Shown here: piece after piece, positions 48,184-64,000 of the stretch | Position numbering within the stretch: position 1 is the first letter of the stretch | Layout: each line of letters opens with the position of its first letter | NCBI RefSeq assembly: GCF_009914755.1 | Contig: NC_060946.1 | Source: the human T2T-CHM13v2.0 reference genome, Homo sapiens | Length of the DNA: 64,000 nucleotides | Reading direction: 5' to 3' (one strand) | Notes under the pieces: generated by a model | Seen by the model: the letters and a program-made list of their open reading frames with translations, nothing else | Told to the model about the DNA's origin: nothing | Database searches by the model: none | Made by a program: the position numbers and the translations under genes

Positions 48184-48298
48184 TTTTTAGTTTTTATGTT
48201 TTGTAGCTATGAGCTTTAGAGTAGCTGATAGGTTTGTAAATATTCATACCTGTATTATAATGGAGATTTGTGTCATTTGAATAATTATTCCTCAATAG

Positions 48299-48598
<300 letters not shown>

Positions 48599-49337
48599 TC
48601 AATAATTACATATGTAATGAATTCTTGAAAATGTTGCATAAATTTTTAGTAGTTTCCTTTTGGTACATTTTAATTCATAAAATTTTAACAAACTTTTTCT
48701 TGACTCATTTTATTCTTTGAGGAAAACTTAATTACTTTTTACTGTCTTGCCCTATAAATAGTCTCATATAAAAATAAATGAACTGACATTTAGTTTATTA
48801 AGCACATTTCCTAAAAATGAAAAGTGGGGCCAGCCATTATAGTGTACTTTAATTTCAGTTATAAAGAAAGCAGGAACGTTATTCATAAATTATAAGCCCG
48901 GGAAACCCTGCCAATTCCAATAGCCTTAGCCTAATACCCAGGCACTGTGACCTGCAGGGGCGGAACAACAGGTGCGCCGCTTTGCTCACTGCCATACTTT
49001 CTTGCAGGTCAGTGTCTGCTGTAAGAATTTCACCACCACCTCTGCCAAAAGCCAAATAAAATAGGGAAAGAAATCTAGAGCTATTAATATCCCAATGCTG
49101 GAAACCTTTCCTATCTACCCTTCTCCCCCAAGATGGGAAACATTCCCTCCCTGCTTCTCTCCCTCCCTTTCTTACCTTTAAGATGCATGTGCATAGACAC
49201 ACACACACACACAAAGTTACTCAAAGTTACTTCACAGTATCTGTGGCCTTATTGAGAGAATTTCAGTCTAAACCTTTGAAAAAAAAATTTTTTTGCCCTG
49301 AATTCCTTACATACTTTTTTCTTCTCTCTTCTTTTAG

Positions 49338-49428
49338 GCAGTATTTTTGTGTTTCTGCAGAGTTTTGCACAAAATCTGTTCCCATGCAAACCAATGAGGG
49401 AGAAGTATCGGAAGAAAGCAGTTCCAAG
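49338..49428 (+). other. TNRC6B: TNRC6B exon containing the start codon (46 nt 5' UTR + 45 nt CDS), 91 nt
   Basis: Acceptor cttctctcttcttttAG (49336-49337) and donor AAG|GTCAGT (49428/49429); ATG at 49384. Confidence 0.9.
49384..49428 (+). CDS. TNRC6B: First coding segment of a TNRC6B (trinucleotide repeat-containing adaptor 6B, GW182 family) isoform: MQTNEGEVSEESSSK, phase-0 donor; CDS continues beyond the window
   Basis: 15 codons ATG CAA ACC AAT GAG GGA GAA GTA TCG GAA GAA AGC AGT TCC AAG ending exactly at a GT donor. Peptide recognised from memory as a TNRC6B isoform N-terminus. Confidence 0.88.
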
Positions 49429-49809
49429 GTCAGTAAATTACTGAAAGGTACAGTTTGGGTAGAAATTGAACAGTAGAGGCTGTGGATGAGTAGAATGGGT
49501 ATTTCATTTTACATGACTGTAAAAATTCGATTGAGTTAAATTAGAACCTAACATAAGATTGAGAAATATTTTTTCTTTTCAGTATACTTTTTAATCCTAT
49601 ATGCTAATTTAAAACAATTTTACTGAACTACAGAGAACTTTATAATTTATTTTTAGAACACTAATACTATGTCTTTTAAAGTTTGTTACGAAAGTTACTA
49701 TAGGCTTATAAAAAATCAGAAGTATATAAAGTCAGGAGTCAAAGCTGGTCCCCTGTTCCTGCTGCACAGAGGCAGTCACTGATAATTTTTAGGTGTTTTT
49801 CTATTACAA

Positions 49810-50486
<677 letters not shown>

Positions 50487-51164
50487 TAAATTTTTAAATG
50501 GTAATTTGTTTGCTTTGTTTTTTCAATCTAGAGCCTAAGGAGTGTTATCATCATCAAATCTTGTATGTAAATATATATAATAAATAAAATAAAAATAAAT
50601 ATATATTAATCCTATATATAAATCCTATATATAAATATTTATCTATATTTTTGTCTATATCTGGCTCCATGTGCTGATTTTCCTTGGCTGCTTCTTAACA
50701 TAGTTACATGAGACCCTTAGTATTACTTTTACTTCCCTCTCTGTCCATTCAGAATTGTCTGTAGCTCTTCCTGGGAGCTCTGAAAACAACTCTTTCCATT
50801 TCTTTCTGAATGCCCCCTCTGCGGGGCTATGATCTAGTCCGTGGCTTGGGTGGAGGGACAGATGTCATCCTGTCCTCTTAGTTTTCCTTTCCCATATCAC
50901 CAGATTTCTTTCTTCTTTCCGTAGCTAAAGCAGAAGCATATAGGTTTTCATCAGACTCATTTAGACCCTGAATCTGATGTAGGGTTAGTCAGAGCCTGTG
51001 AGGTACACACACGATCTAGGAATCTCCCTCACACACACACACACAGAGGCACACATACCCAGGACACCCAAGATACACACACCCCAGAATTTCTGAGGTA
51101 CATATACACCCTTCCTCAAGATCCTAATTTACTAATTGATAGTGAAATATAATGTTAAGGAAGA

Positions 51165-51445
51165 TTGGGGCTCATGCCTGCAATCCCAGCACTTTGGGAG
51201 TCCGAGGTGGGCAGATTGCTTGAGCTCAAGACTTCGAGACCAGCCTAGGCAACATGACAAAACCCTGTCTCCAAAAAATACAAAAATTAGTTGGGCATGG
51301 TGGTGCATGCCTGCAGTCCCAGCTACTCAGGAGGCTGAGGTAGGAGGATCATTTGTACCCAGGGCTGTTGACGCTGCAGTGAGCTGTGATCATGCCACTG
51401 CACTCCAGCCTGGGCAGCAAAGCCAGACCCTGCCTCAAAAAAAAG
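51165..51445 (+). mobile_element. AluJ, slightly 5'-truncated
   Basis: TSD aaggaagattgg. Confidence 0.87.
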
Positions 51446-51805
51446 GAAGATTGGATTTCTGGCTAGTACATTTTCTCCCTGGAAAGAGAAGGTATAATTG
51501 GGAGATTGCTTGGTGAACATGTAATTAGACTGGTATAGAATATATTACTGTGCCATAAACTCAGTTTTCAACTTCTTTTTGGAAAAATAAATGACTAGCT
51601 TTCTTGATTTTTCAATTACTGAATAGTTTATCAGTTCAGAATGAATTAGACTCAAGAATAAGAGAACATTCTTTTTATACTTGCACTAAGTGGATGCTTC
51701 TGTTATAAATTAGATTATAACTTCAACTTCATCAGCCTTAGTTTAACTCAGGCTCTTATGTTTTTCCTCCTGATGTTTGCTTTTGTTTAAAATCTTATAT
51801 TTGGA

Positions 51806-51871
51806 GGCTGATCTCATCTCGCAGGGGTCAGTCCATTCTCCTCCTCCGAGGGTGTAAATCAATCAATCAAT
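51806..51871 (+). mobile_element. Short L1-mediated retroposed insert of unknown small RNA
   Basis: 17-bp TSD aaaatcttatatttgga (51789-51805, 51872-51888), TTT/AAAA target site, (AATC)n tail 51856-51871, 50-nt two-hairpin body. Confidence 0.75.
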
Positions 51872-51987
51872 AAAATCTTATATTTGGAATGATTTAATGT
51901 ATGGCTGGAATTTGTCATTTTGCTGTGGTTACATAGTTTGTGGATGTCTGTTAACAGAAGGCCATTAGGAAAGGTAGTAGGTTTTGA

Positions 51988-52404
<417 letters not shown>

Positions 52405-54065
52405 TAAGCACGTGTTATCATGGGATACAACAGTGAACCAAAAATACATGGTTCCTACTCTCAAGGCGGTTTCATTTTAGTGGGAGACATGAATAAATAT
52501 AAATAAAGATAATAATTATAAATGATGGTAAGTACTATGAAAAAAATAAAGCCATGTCATGCAGGGCAGCTGGGAGGAAGAGCGTAGCTAGTCAAGGAAG
52601 GTCTCTCTGAGACGGGGACATTTCAGCTGAAGCTAATGGGCAAGGGAGCCAGCTGTGTGGAGAGCTGAAGCAACAGTGTTCTAGACACAGGAAACAGCTG
52701 CAAAAGCCCTTGGCCTCTTCTAAGAACTCTCAGAAACCTGTGGGCCAAGTGTGACAGGAGGTTAGAGAGAGAGACAGAGACCTTGCAAGACCTCAGAGGC
52801 CACAGTGTGCAACGTGGACCTATTCTCCATGCCTAGGGCAGCCATTGAAGGCTGTTCACTCGAGGAGTGATGTGATGTGTAGGATTTGCATTTTAAGAGG
52901 TGGCTCTGTCTGCTGTCTGGACAGTGGATTGGAAAGAGGTAAGAGTGGAAGCAGGGAGCCTGGTGAGAAGGCACGTGCAGCTGTTCGGGTAGGACTACAT
53001 TCATGGGTGTTACTGGAAGTGGAGGAAAGACAGACTTGAGGTGTATTTTGGCGCCAAAACTGATGTGACTCGAGGATGGATTGAGATCCTTTTGCATCAT
53101 AGAAATCAAAAGGGGAATTTCAAGAGAAAGGCTCACTCAGTAACTTCAGATGCTGCCAAGAATCAAGGAGGTTGACAAGTGAGAAAAGACACCTGGATTT
53201 GTTTAAGAACTAATTAAAGAGAAAGGATATGAGAAAACTTTCTAGGGGGTGATGGAGATGTTCTGTGTCTGATAGGGGTGCAATTGTTTATAATTACAAT
53301 AAAAATGGTTACAGTGTAGGTATGTTTTATGTGGTGAAACTGACAATCAAATGGAGTGGAGAATACATGGAAGTATAGATGAAGCAGGAATGGCAGAATG
53401 TTGGCAACTATTGAAGTGTTGTGATGGGTACATAGGAGTTTATTTGTATTTACTTTGTACATGTTTTAAATTTTCTATGATAGTTTCTAAAAAGAACTTA
53501 CTGGTGTTCAAGGGTGCCATTTAATTGGAGTAGGAGGTGCAGAAACCAAATTTTATGGGTTAAAGAGAAATTAAATGATTTTTAAAAATGAGTTATGACT
53601 ATAGTCCACCACCCAATTTTAGGACATTTGGAAATAAATGGAAGAGAGAACAATGAGGAGGAGGATTAAGTTCAAGTGAAAGATTTTTTTTAAATGGAAG
53701 AGGACTATGCATGTTTGAGAAAAGAGGGAAGAAATGGGTTGAGGAAGGCAGAGTGCAGTTAGAAAAAGGTTTCTCGGATTCCCAGGCTTAACGGGCCTCG
53801 TACTGCAGTAATGCCTGAGCTCAGGCCCAAATCCTGCTCTTCTGACTCTTGTTTAATGGCGGAGGGAGTTTTGGAGGAGGAAAGAAAGAAAGGAAGTGGG
53901 TTCAGCTTTTCTTTGTATTGCCTTCGAAAGAGAAGTCATTGTAGTTGGTAGAGTGTAGAGTACACAGTTGAAGACTTGAAATGACAAGTTTTGATTTCCT
54001 ATTAAGAGGAAAGGCTTGGAATTGCAGTTGTAGCGAAGGTGCTAAGAATAGTTAACAAATGAATT

Positions 54066-54401
<336 letters not shown>

Positions 54402-54471
54402 TTACAAAATATCCAGGTAAGTTGTGCAAGTATAGATCAGGAGCCCTTATGGATGGGCAGGGTTGGTATAG

Positions 54472-54785
<314 letters not shown>

Positions 54786-55631
54786 GGTATAGAAGTCTTA
54801 TTGGAGGAAGTGAATTTTGCTGTTCCTCTTGAAGAGTGCTCTCTGAAACTGTGCAGCATCTTCCGTAACATTTTCTTGGAGAGAGATGTTTATTGAAGTT
54901 CAGAGATGGATTAGGATTATATATTCTTCGGGAGTTGGGAATTGTAGACTTTGACCTCTTGAGTTTAGGGATTTTTTTTTTTTTCTCTGCCAGAAAGATA
55001 TAAAGCAGGTGATGGTTTCTAAAAGACTGCTGTAAACAGATTATAGATCATTCCTGAATTATGCACAAGCATAATTCCTTATTTTTGCCTCCTTTCCTCC
55101 CCTCCTCTCTCCTGATTAATTCAGCACATATTTATTGAGCACCTACTGTGTGCTAGGAACTGTGTTGGGTGTTGATACACAGAATTGACTCCTTAAACTA
55201 TTATTTATTCTTTGTTTTAATTATTGGAGCTCCAACCACTTAAAGTGGAGGCAGGAAGAAAGAATGTTAAATTTCACATCAGTTTAGAACGAGCTTTTTT
55301 TCCCTGAATGGTCACCAGATTGCAATTTTGTATGACCTAACAAATTTCTCAAAGAGAGTTCTGCTATTGTTGTGAAAGCTTCTATTGTAAATGCTGAAGG
55401 AAGACAAGTTGACAGAGTTATTGTTAATGTAAAACTTCAGATGCCTCTGAACATATCCTTTGGAGGAACAGTGAATATTTCTTACATTTTTCCCAAGGAC
55501 CACTTCAGGGCTTATTTAATTTTTCTGCTGTGTATGTGAGAGATAAAATTGAATCAAATTAACAGAGTTACCCATGGATCTGTCTTATTGTTCCATATTT
55601 TTAGAGGTTAAATATGAAAATTACCTTCTGT

Positions 55632-56668
<1,037 letters not shown>

Positions 56669-57286
56669 TTATTTGGCATTTATGTGCTTATATTATCACA
56701 CTGATCTGAAAACAGATACTACTATTTTATCTGTCACATGTGGCTTTGACTGGTTAAATGTAATGCTCATTTTTCTTAGTGTCTGGTTTCGCTGTCACAT
56801 AGTGGAACTGTACATTACTGGGAGGTTTCAGCTCTATTGTGGATTTACTGACACATGCTGAACTAAGCTGTTTATTTGTATCATCTCTTCTTTTTATTGA
56901 GATATTATCAAAAATGACATACTTTTATAGTCATTCAGTTTTTTTAATGCAACAAACATTTATTGGGCACCTACTAGTTGCTGATGTCGTAGGTACAGGC
57001 ATGCAAAGTTATTTATGTAAGACATGGTCTCTGCATTTCGGGCACTTTTAACCTAGTTGAGGGAGGTAACCATACCATACAGGCTATGATACCGATATTA
57101 AATATGTGCCTAGGGCAAAGCAATGAATTCTTTCTGGAAGGAAGTCCACAATGGAGAGGGAACACTTGAACTGGGCATTGTAGAAAGACGGGTTTCATGG
57201 TTTTTATTGGTTTGTTGTTGAATGGGTGAGGGGGAGAAGGCTATTATATGCAGAGGGAACTGTGTATAGCATATAAGGGGTAATGT

Positions 57287-58905
<1,619 letters not shown>

Positions 58906-59099
58906 GACTGACCTTAAATATGAGATCATCTTTCATCCACCATACAGCGACTAGAGTGTTGGGTGCCAGGGAGACGGGGGCATGGCAGAGCCCAGATTAT
59001 CTTAGGCTGAAGAGTTTCAAGAATAGACCACAGATTAAACAAATTTATTTTATTTTATTTTTATTTTAGCAACCTTATTGACACCTTGAAGTAGCAAAA

Positions 59100-59398
59100 T
59101 TTTTTTTGTTTAATAGAAACATGTTCTTGCTCTTTTGCCCAAGCTGTAGAGCAGTGATGTGATGATGGCTTGCTGAAACCTTGAATTTAATGGGCTCAAG
59201 TGATCTTCCCACCTCAGCCTCCGGAATAGCTGAGACTGCAGGTGTGCCACCATGCCTGGCTAGTTTTTCTTACTTTTTCTGTAGAGACTGGGTCTCACTA
59301 TGTTGGCCAGGCTGGTCTCAAACTTCTGACTCAAGTGATCCTCCTGCCTCGGCCTCCCAAAGTGCTGAGATTACAGATGTGAGCCACTGCAGCCAACC
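59100..59398 (-). mobile_element. AluJ
   Basis: Diverged antisense dimer. Confidence 0.85.
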
Positions 59399-59967
59399 AA
59401 AGCAGCAGACTTTTAAAGCAGGGAAATGAGATGTACATTTTACTTTATGATTTGCTGTGTTAGGATAACTGGTGTTGATGTAGAGAGGGTAGGTAGACTA
59501 GAATATCTGTATCTTTACATTCAGCTTCTCTAAAAGAAAAGAGGATTTAATAGGCCTACTTCAGCCTGTGGACTGATTTCCATTGGGTCCTGAGTTCTCA
59601 GGAGTTAGGAGAGCAAGAACCGTAGGTGAGGAAGTAGATCCCATAGAAGGTCAAATGAATTGGGAGGCGAGGACTGGCATTTCTGGCACGGTCTCCAGAC
59701 CTGATGTAATCTTTCTTTATGGTTCTTAACAAAGATAGATTGGAATGCTTAAACTCTGTAGCCATTTCTCACTTTAAATGTAATGTAACTTAGGTCGATA
59801 TTCTAAATGAGTTGGTGTTAGCTTACTAGTTGTAGAGATTCTGTAGCTCTAGACTTGAAATGTTCATTTTTTAAGTGAAATCTAAAACAGATATAGTAAA
59901 ATTTGTTATAGAGCTGAGCCGTTGGGTGTCTGTGATCATATTCTCTGTACCTTTGTGTATGTTTATC

Positions 59968-59968
<1 letters not shown>

Positions 59969-60011
<43 letters not shown>
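59969..60011. repeat. (TG)n microsatellite
   Basis: About 21 TG units next to an Alu tail. Confidence 0.95.
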
Positions 60012-60014
<3 letters not shown>

Positions 60015-60015
60015 C

Positions 60016-60376
<361 letters not shown>

Positions 60377-61309
60377 TAGCTATATATTTAAGTACCCACG
60401 TGTTTCTACTAATTACTGCAAATAAATATTTACTGAATCAGGAAGCTAACATTTTAGCTATTAATATAACATTATCATTATCAAAGGCAGCAAGTAAACG
60501 TAGTCTTTGTCTACAGAGAATAAAGTCATCTGTTGATTTGCTTAACATTAAAGATAGTTAAATAGGGTAACTTAGACATAAAATACACAGTAGTATTTGA
60601 ATGATCTGTTTTAATTGGTTTCATTGACAAAGAACTGCAAGATCTGTTCTTAATATTAAGTGCTCATTTAGTCAAGAAAAGTTACACAGAAGTATTTTAG
60701 GAACTTGGTAATTTGTTTTGTTTGTGTTTTGGTGGGGGATGCAGAGAAAAAAGATTTACCCATTGTTTAATAAAGTCTTTTGCTTTCCAGAGCTTAGGAT
60801 ATCTCTACCTTAGGCTGGATCTGCTTTAGCAAAAGTGATAACAAGATTTCATGGATTTTGGTATTCTGAGAGCAGATTGGAAAAGCAAACATGCAGCGCA
60901 AGTGCTTTCCCCATTTGTTTACGTAGCTGGTAAGCAACATCATTTGGGTTGAACTCCAGGCCTGTCTGACTCCAGAGGCCATAGTAGTTCAATACTCCAT
61001 CCTGGACAAGTTACACGGCAGAGTAATCAGCTGTTTCCTTATGTCAGATAAACTTACTGGAAAAGTCAGTTTATAGAACTATAGACTTCTATAGGTACAG
61101 AAGAATCCCTAAGAAGGGAGAGGGTGCTTTGTGCGTATTCAGAGCCACACATTTCTCCGGAGAAGAGATGGTTAGAGCATTGAGAGATGTCTGTGAGACC
61201 CTGGAGATGGAGTTAGAAGCAGAACCCCTGCAGGCAATAGGGAACTATTGAAGGATGTTAAGCAGGGGAGAAACCTGATGATCTGATGCATATTTTAGAA
61301 AGATGGACC

Positions 61310-61602
61310 TGCCGGGCCTGGTGGCCCACACCTATAATCCCAGCACTTTGGGAGGCCGAGGCGGGTGGATTACTTGAGGTCAGGAGTTCCAGACCAGCCT
61401 GGCCAACATGGTGAAACCGCATCTCTACTAAAAATACAAAAATTAGCCGGGCATGGTGGCAGGCGCCTGTAATCCTAGCTACTTGGGAGGCTGAGGCAGG
61501 AAAATCGCTTGAATTGGGAGGCAGAGGTTGCAGTGAGCCGAGATCACACCACCACACTCCAGCCTGGACAACAAAGCTAGACTGTATCTCAAAAAAAAAA
61601 AA
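61310..61602 (+). mobile_element. AluS
   Basis: Sense dimer with A tail. Confidence 0.9.
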
Positions 61603-61879
61603 GAATGACCTGGCAGGAGTGTGGAGAAATGATTACCAACAGGCTGTAAAATGGAGACACGGAAACCAGTTAGGAGAGTTAGGAGTCCCCTCAGGAAGAC
61701 TGAGGAAGGCTTTTGAAATAAGGCAGTAACAGTGGTCTGCAGAGGAGGGGACTGACAGGAGAAGCATACAGGAAGGATGGGAGGAGAGCACAAATCTGCA
61801 AAGAGTGGGATAAATGATGCCATGTGAAATAGGAGATAGAGCAAGGTATTGGATGTAGCTGTTGTTACTGTTATCGTTA

Positions 61880-62168
<289 letters not shown>

Positions 62169-62534
62169 TGTTACTGTTACTTTTAACTGGGTGTGGATTT
62201 TGAAATACTGAGGCACCTGCAGGCAGCCCAGGTAAAACTAAATTAGTAGGCATTTTAGAGCTCAGTAGAGAGAGAGGACATCAAGATACGTATTAGGAGT
62301 TCTCAGCATATAGGAATAGATGGGGCTGGGAGATGAGAAAAGGCTCAAGTATAGAACTGTAGGAAGTATTTCAGACTGTGTCCAACCTGAGCATGGATAA
62401 GAATTCACTCTCTCAAAGTACCAAAACAAACAAAACCCCAAACAGCAATTCAAAGTACTAAAAAAAAGTAAAAATAAAGGTAAATTAAGGAAAGAAAAGA
62501 ATTAACTTGGATGTTCTTTCCTTTTCCTTTTCAG

Positions 62535-63690
62535 CAGCTTTATTAAGGTATACTTTACATCCCATAAAACTTACCCATTTATAGTATACAGCTCAATGGT
62601 TTTCAGTGTATTCACAGAGTTGTACCACCATCACTGCCATCTAATTTAAGAACATTGTCATTACTCCAAAAAGAAACTGTATCCATTAGCAGTCACTCTC
62701 TATTCCCTTTCCTCCCAGGCACAGGCAACCACTAATCTTTCCATCTCTACGGAATCACCTATTCTGAACATTCCATATAAATAGAATCATACAGTATGTT
62801 TTCCTTCTGTGTGATGTGAGACTTCTTTCAGTTAGCATCATGTTTTCAAGGCTATCCATGTTAAGCACATTATCAGTGCCTCAGTCCTTTGAATGGCTGA
62901 ATAATACCCTATTGCATGGGTGTACGCATTTTTTTTTTTTTTTTTTTGAGATGGAGTCTTGCTCTATGGCCCAGGCTGGATGGAGTGCAGTGGTGCGATC
63001 CTGGCTAACTGCAGCATCTGCCTCCTGGGTTCCAGTGATTCTCCTGCCTCACCCTCCTGAGTAGCTGGGATTACAGGCGCATGCTGCCATGCCCAGCTAA
63101 TTTTTGCATTTTTAGTAGAGATGGGGTTTCACCATGTTGGCCAGGCTGGTCTCGAACTCCTGACATCAGGTGATCCTCCTGCCTTGGCCTCCCAAAGTGC
63201 CGGGATTACAGGCGCGAGCCACTGTGCCTGGCCTGCATTTTATTTATATACTCAGCAGTTGATGAATATTTGGATGATTCCCACCTTTTGACTGCTATGA
63301 ACATTAATAATATTATGAAATGAACATTATAATGCTGCTTTGAACATTTGTGTACAAGTTTTTGTGTGGAATATATTTTCATTTCTCTTAGTTATATACC
63401 TAGGAGTGGAACTGCTGGGTCATATGGTTTAACTTTTTGAGGAACTGCCAAACTGTTTTTCAAGTGACTACACCATTTTATATTCTCACCAGAAATGCAC
63501 GAGGGTTCCAGTTTGTCTGCATCATCACCAATACTTGTTATTGTCATCCAAAAGCTTTAACGTTTTAGCCCCCACAGTTAGGTCTGTGATCCGCCTCAAA
63601 TTAAGTTTTGTATATAGTATGTGACATAGAGGTCATGGTTCATACATTTCCATGTGGTTATCCAGTTCCTCCAGCACCTTTTCCTCACTG
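62535..63690 (-). mobile_element. L1MB-type 3' end interrupted by an AluS (~62928-63233)
   Basis: cagctttattaaggtatactttacat...cagagttgtaccaccatcac and atatacctaggagtggaactgctgggtcatatgg. Confidence 0.8.
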
Positions 63691-64000
63691 AATTACATTA
63701 GTCTTCTGATAGTTTGTTTCCAATTGTGAAGTCTTATGCTTTAAGTTCAAAAGAATCAATTATACAACTATAGGATGGGCAAAACCAGTATACCAGCAGT
63801 GTCCAGACAATGTGATTGACTTCTGAAACAAAAAAAAAACCACTTCTTGCTTAGCTATAGAACCACAAATTTTAACTGATAACATATTTTAATATCCTTT
63901 GAAGCTTATTTTGACCATGTGATTAAATTCTAGTCAAAGAGATGTAAGCAGGATGTAAAGTGCAGCTTCCACAAAGTCTTCCTAAGTAAGTGACAGGTTC

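Noticed and set aside
51819-51831. 13-nt antisense match to U1 snRNA (ctgacccctgcga) and patchy similarity to the RPPH1 3' end within the small insert
   Set aside because: Similarity does not extend colinearly over the insert, and the U1 match is opposite to the tail orientation; insufficient to name the source.

Overview
Primate (very likely human) intronic DNA, dense in repeats: about 50 Alu copies or fragments, plus L1, L2, MIR, MaLR/ERVL LTR and DNA-transposon relics. The only host-gene exons I can support are two small + strand exons. One is a 74-nt non-coding exon (40622-40695). The other is a 91-nt exon (49338-49428) whose ATG starts MQTNEGEVSEESSSK, which I recognise from memory as the N-terminus of the upstream-promoter isoform of TNRC6B (GW182 family, chr22q13.1). 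A full-length RPL7 processed pseudogene lies antisense at 29805-30653. Almost all ORFs in the supplied track are Alu/L1-derived or chance. Two patterns are not explained by ordinary repeat annotation. (1) A 50-nt insert at 51806-51855 has a 17-bp TSD, a canonical L1 endonuclease site and an A-derived tail, and folds into two abutting hairpins only on its sense strand. It looks like a retrocopy of a small structured RNA I cannot identify; a weaker Y-RNA-like case sits at 16504-16582. (2) A series of insertions copied from nearby sequence (145-442, 16440-16459, 41521-41858, 45729-45841, 47270-47349), one preserving a forward, fold-back, microhomology-jump template-switch path. Repeat subfamily calls and most repeat boundaries are by eye and approximate. 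No database search was run.
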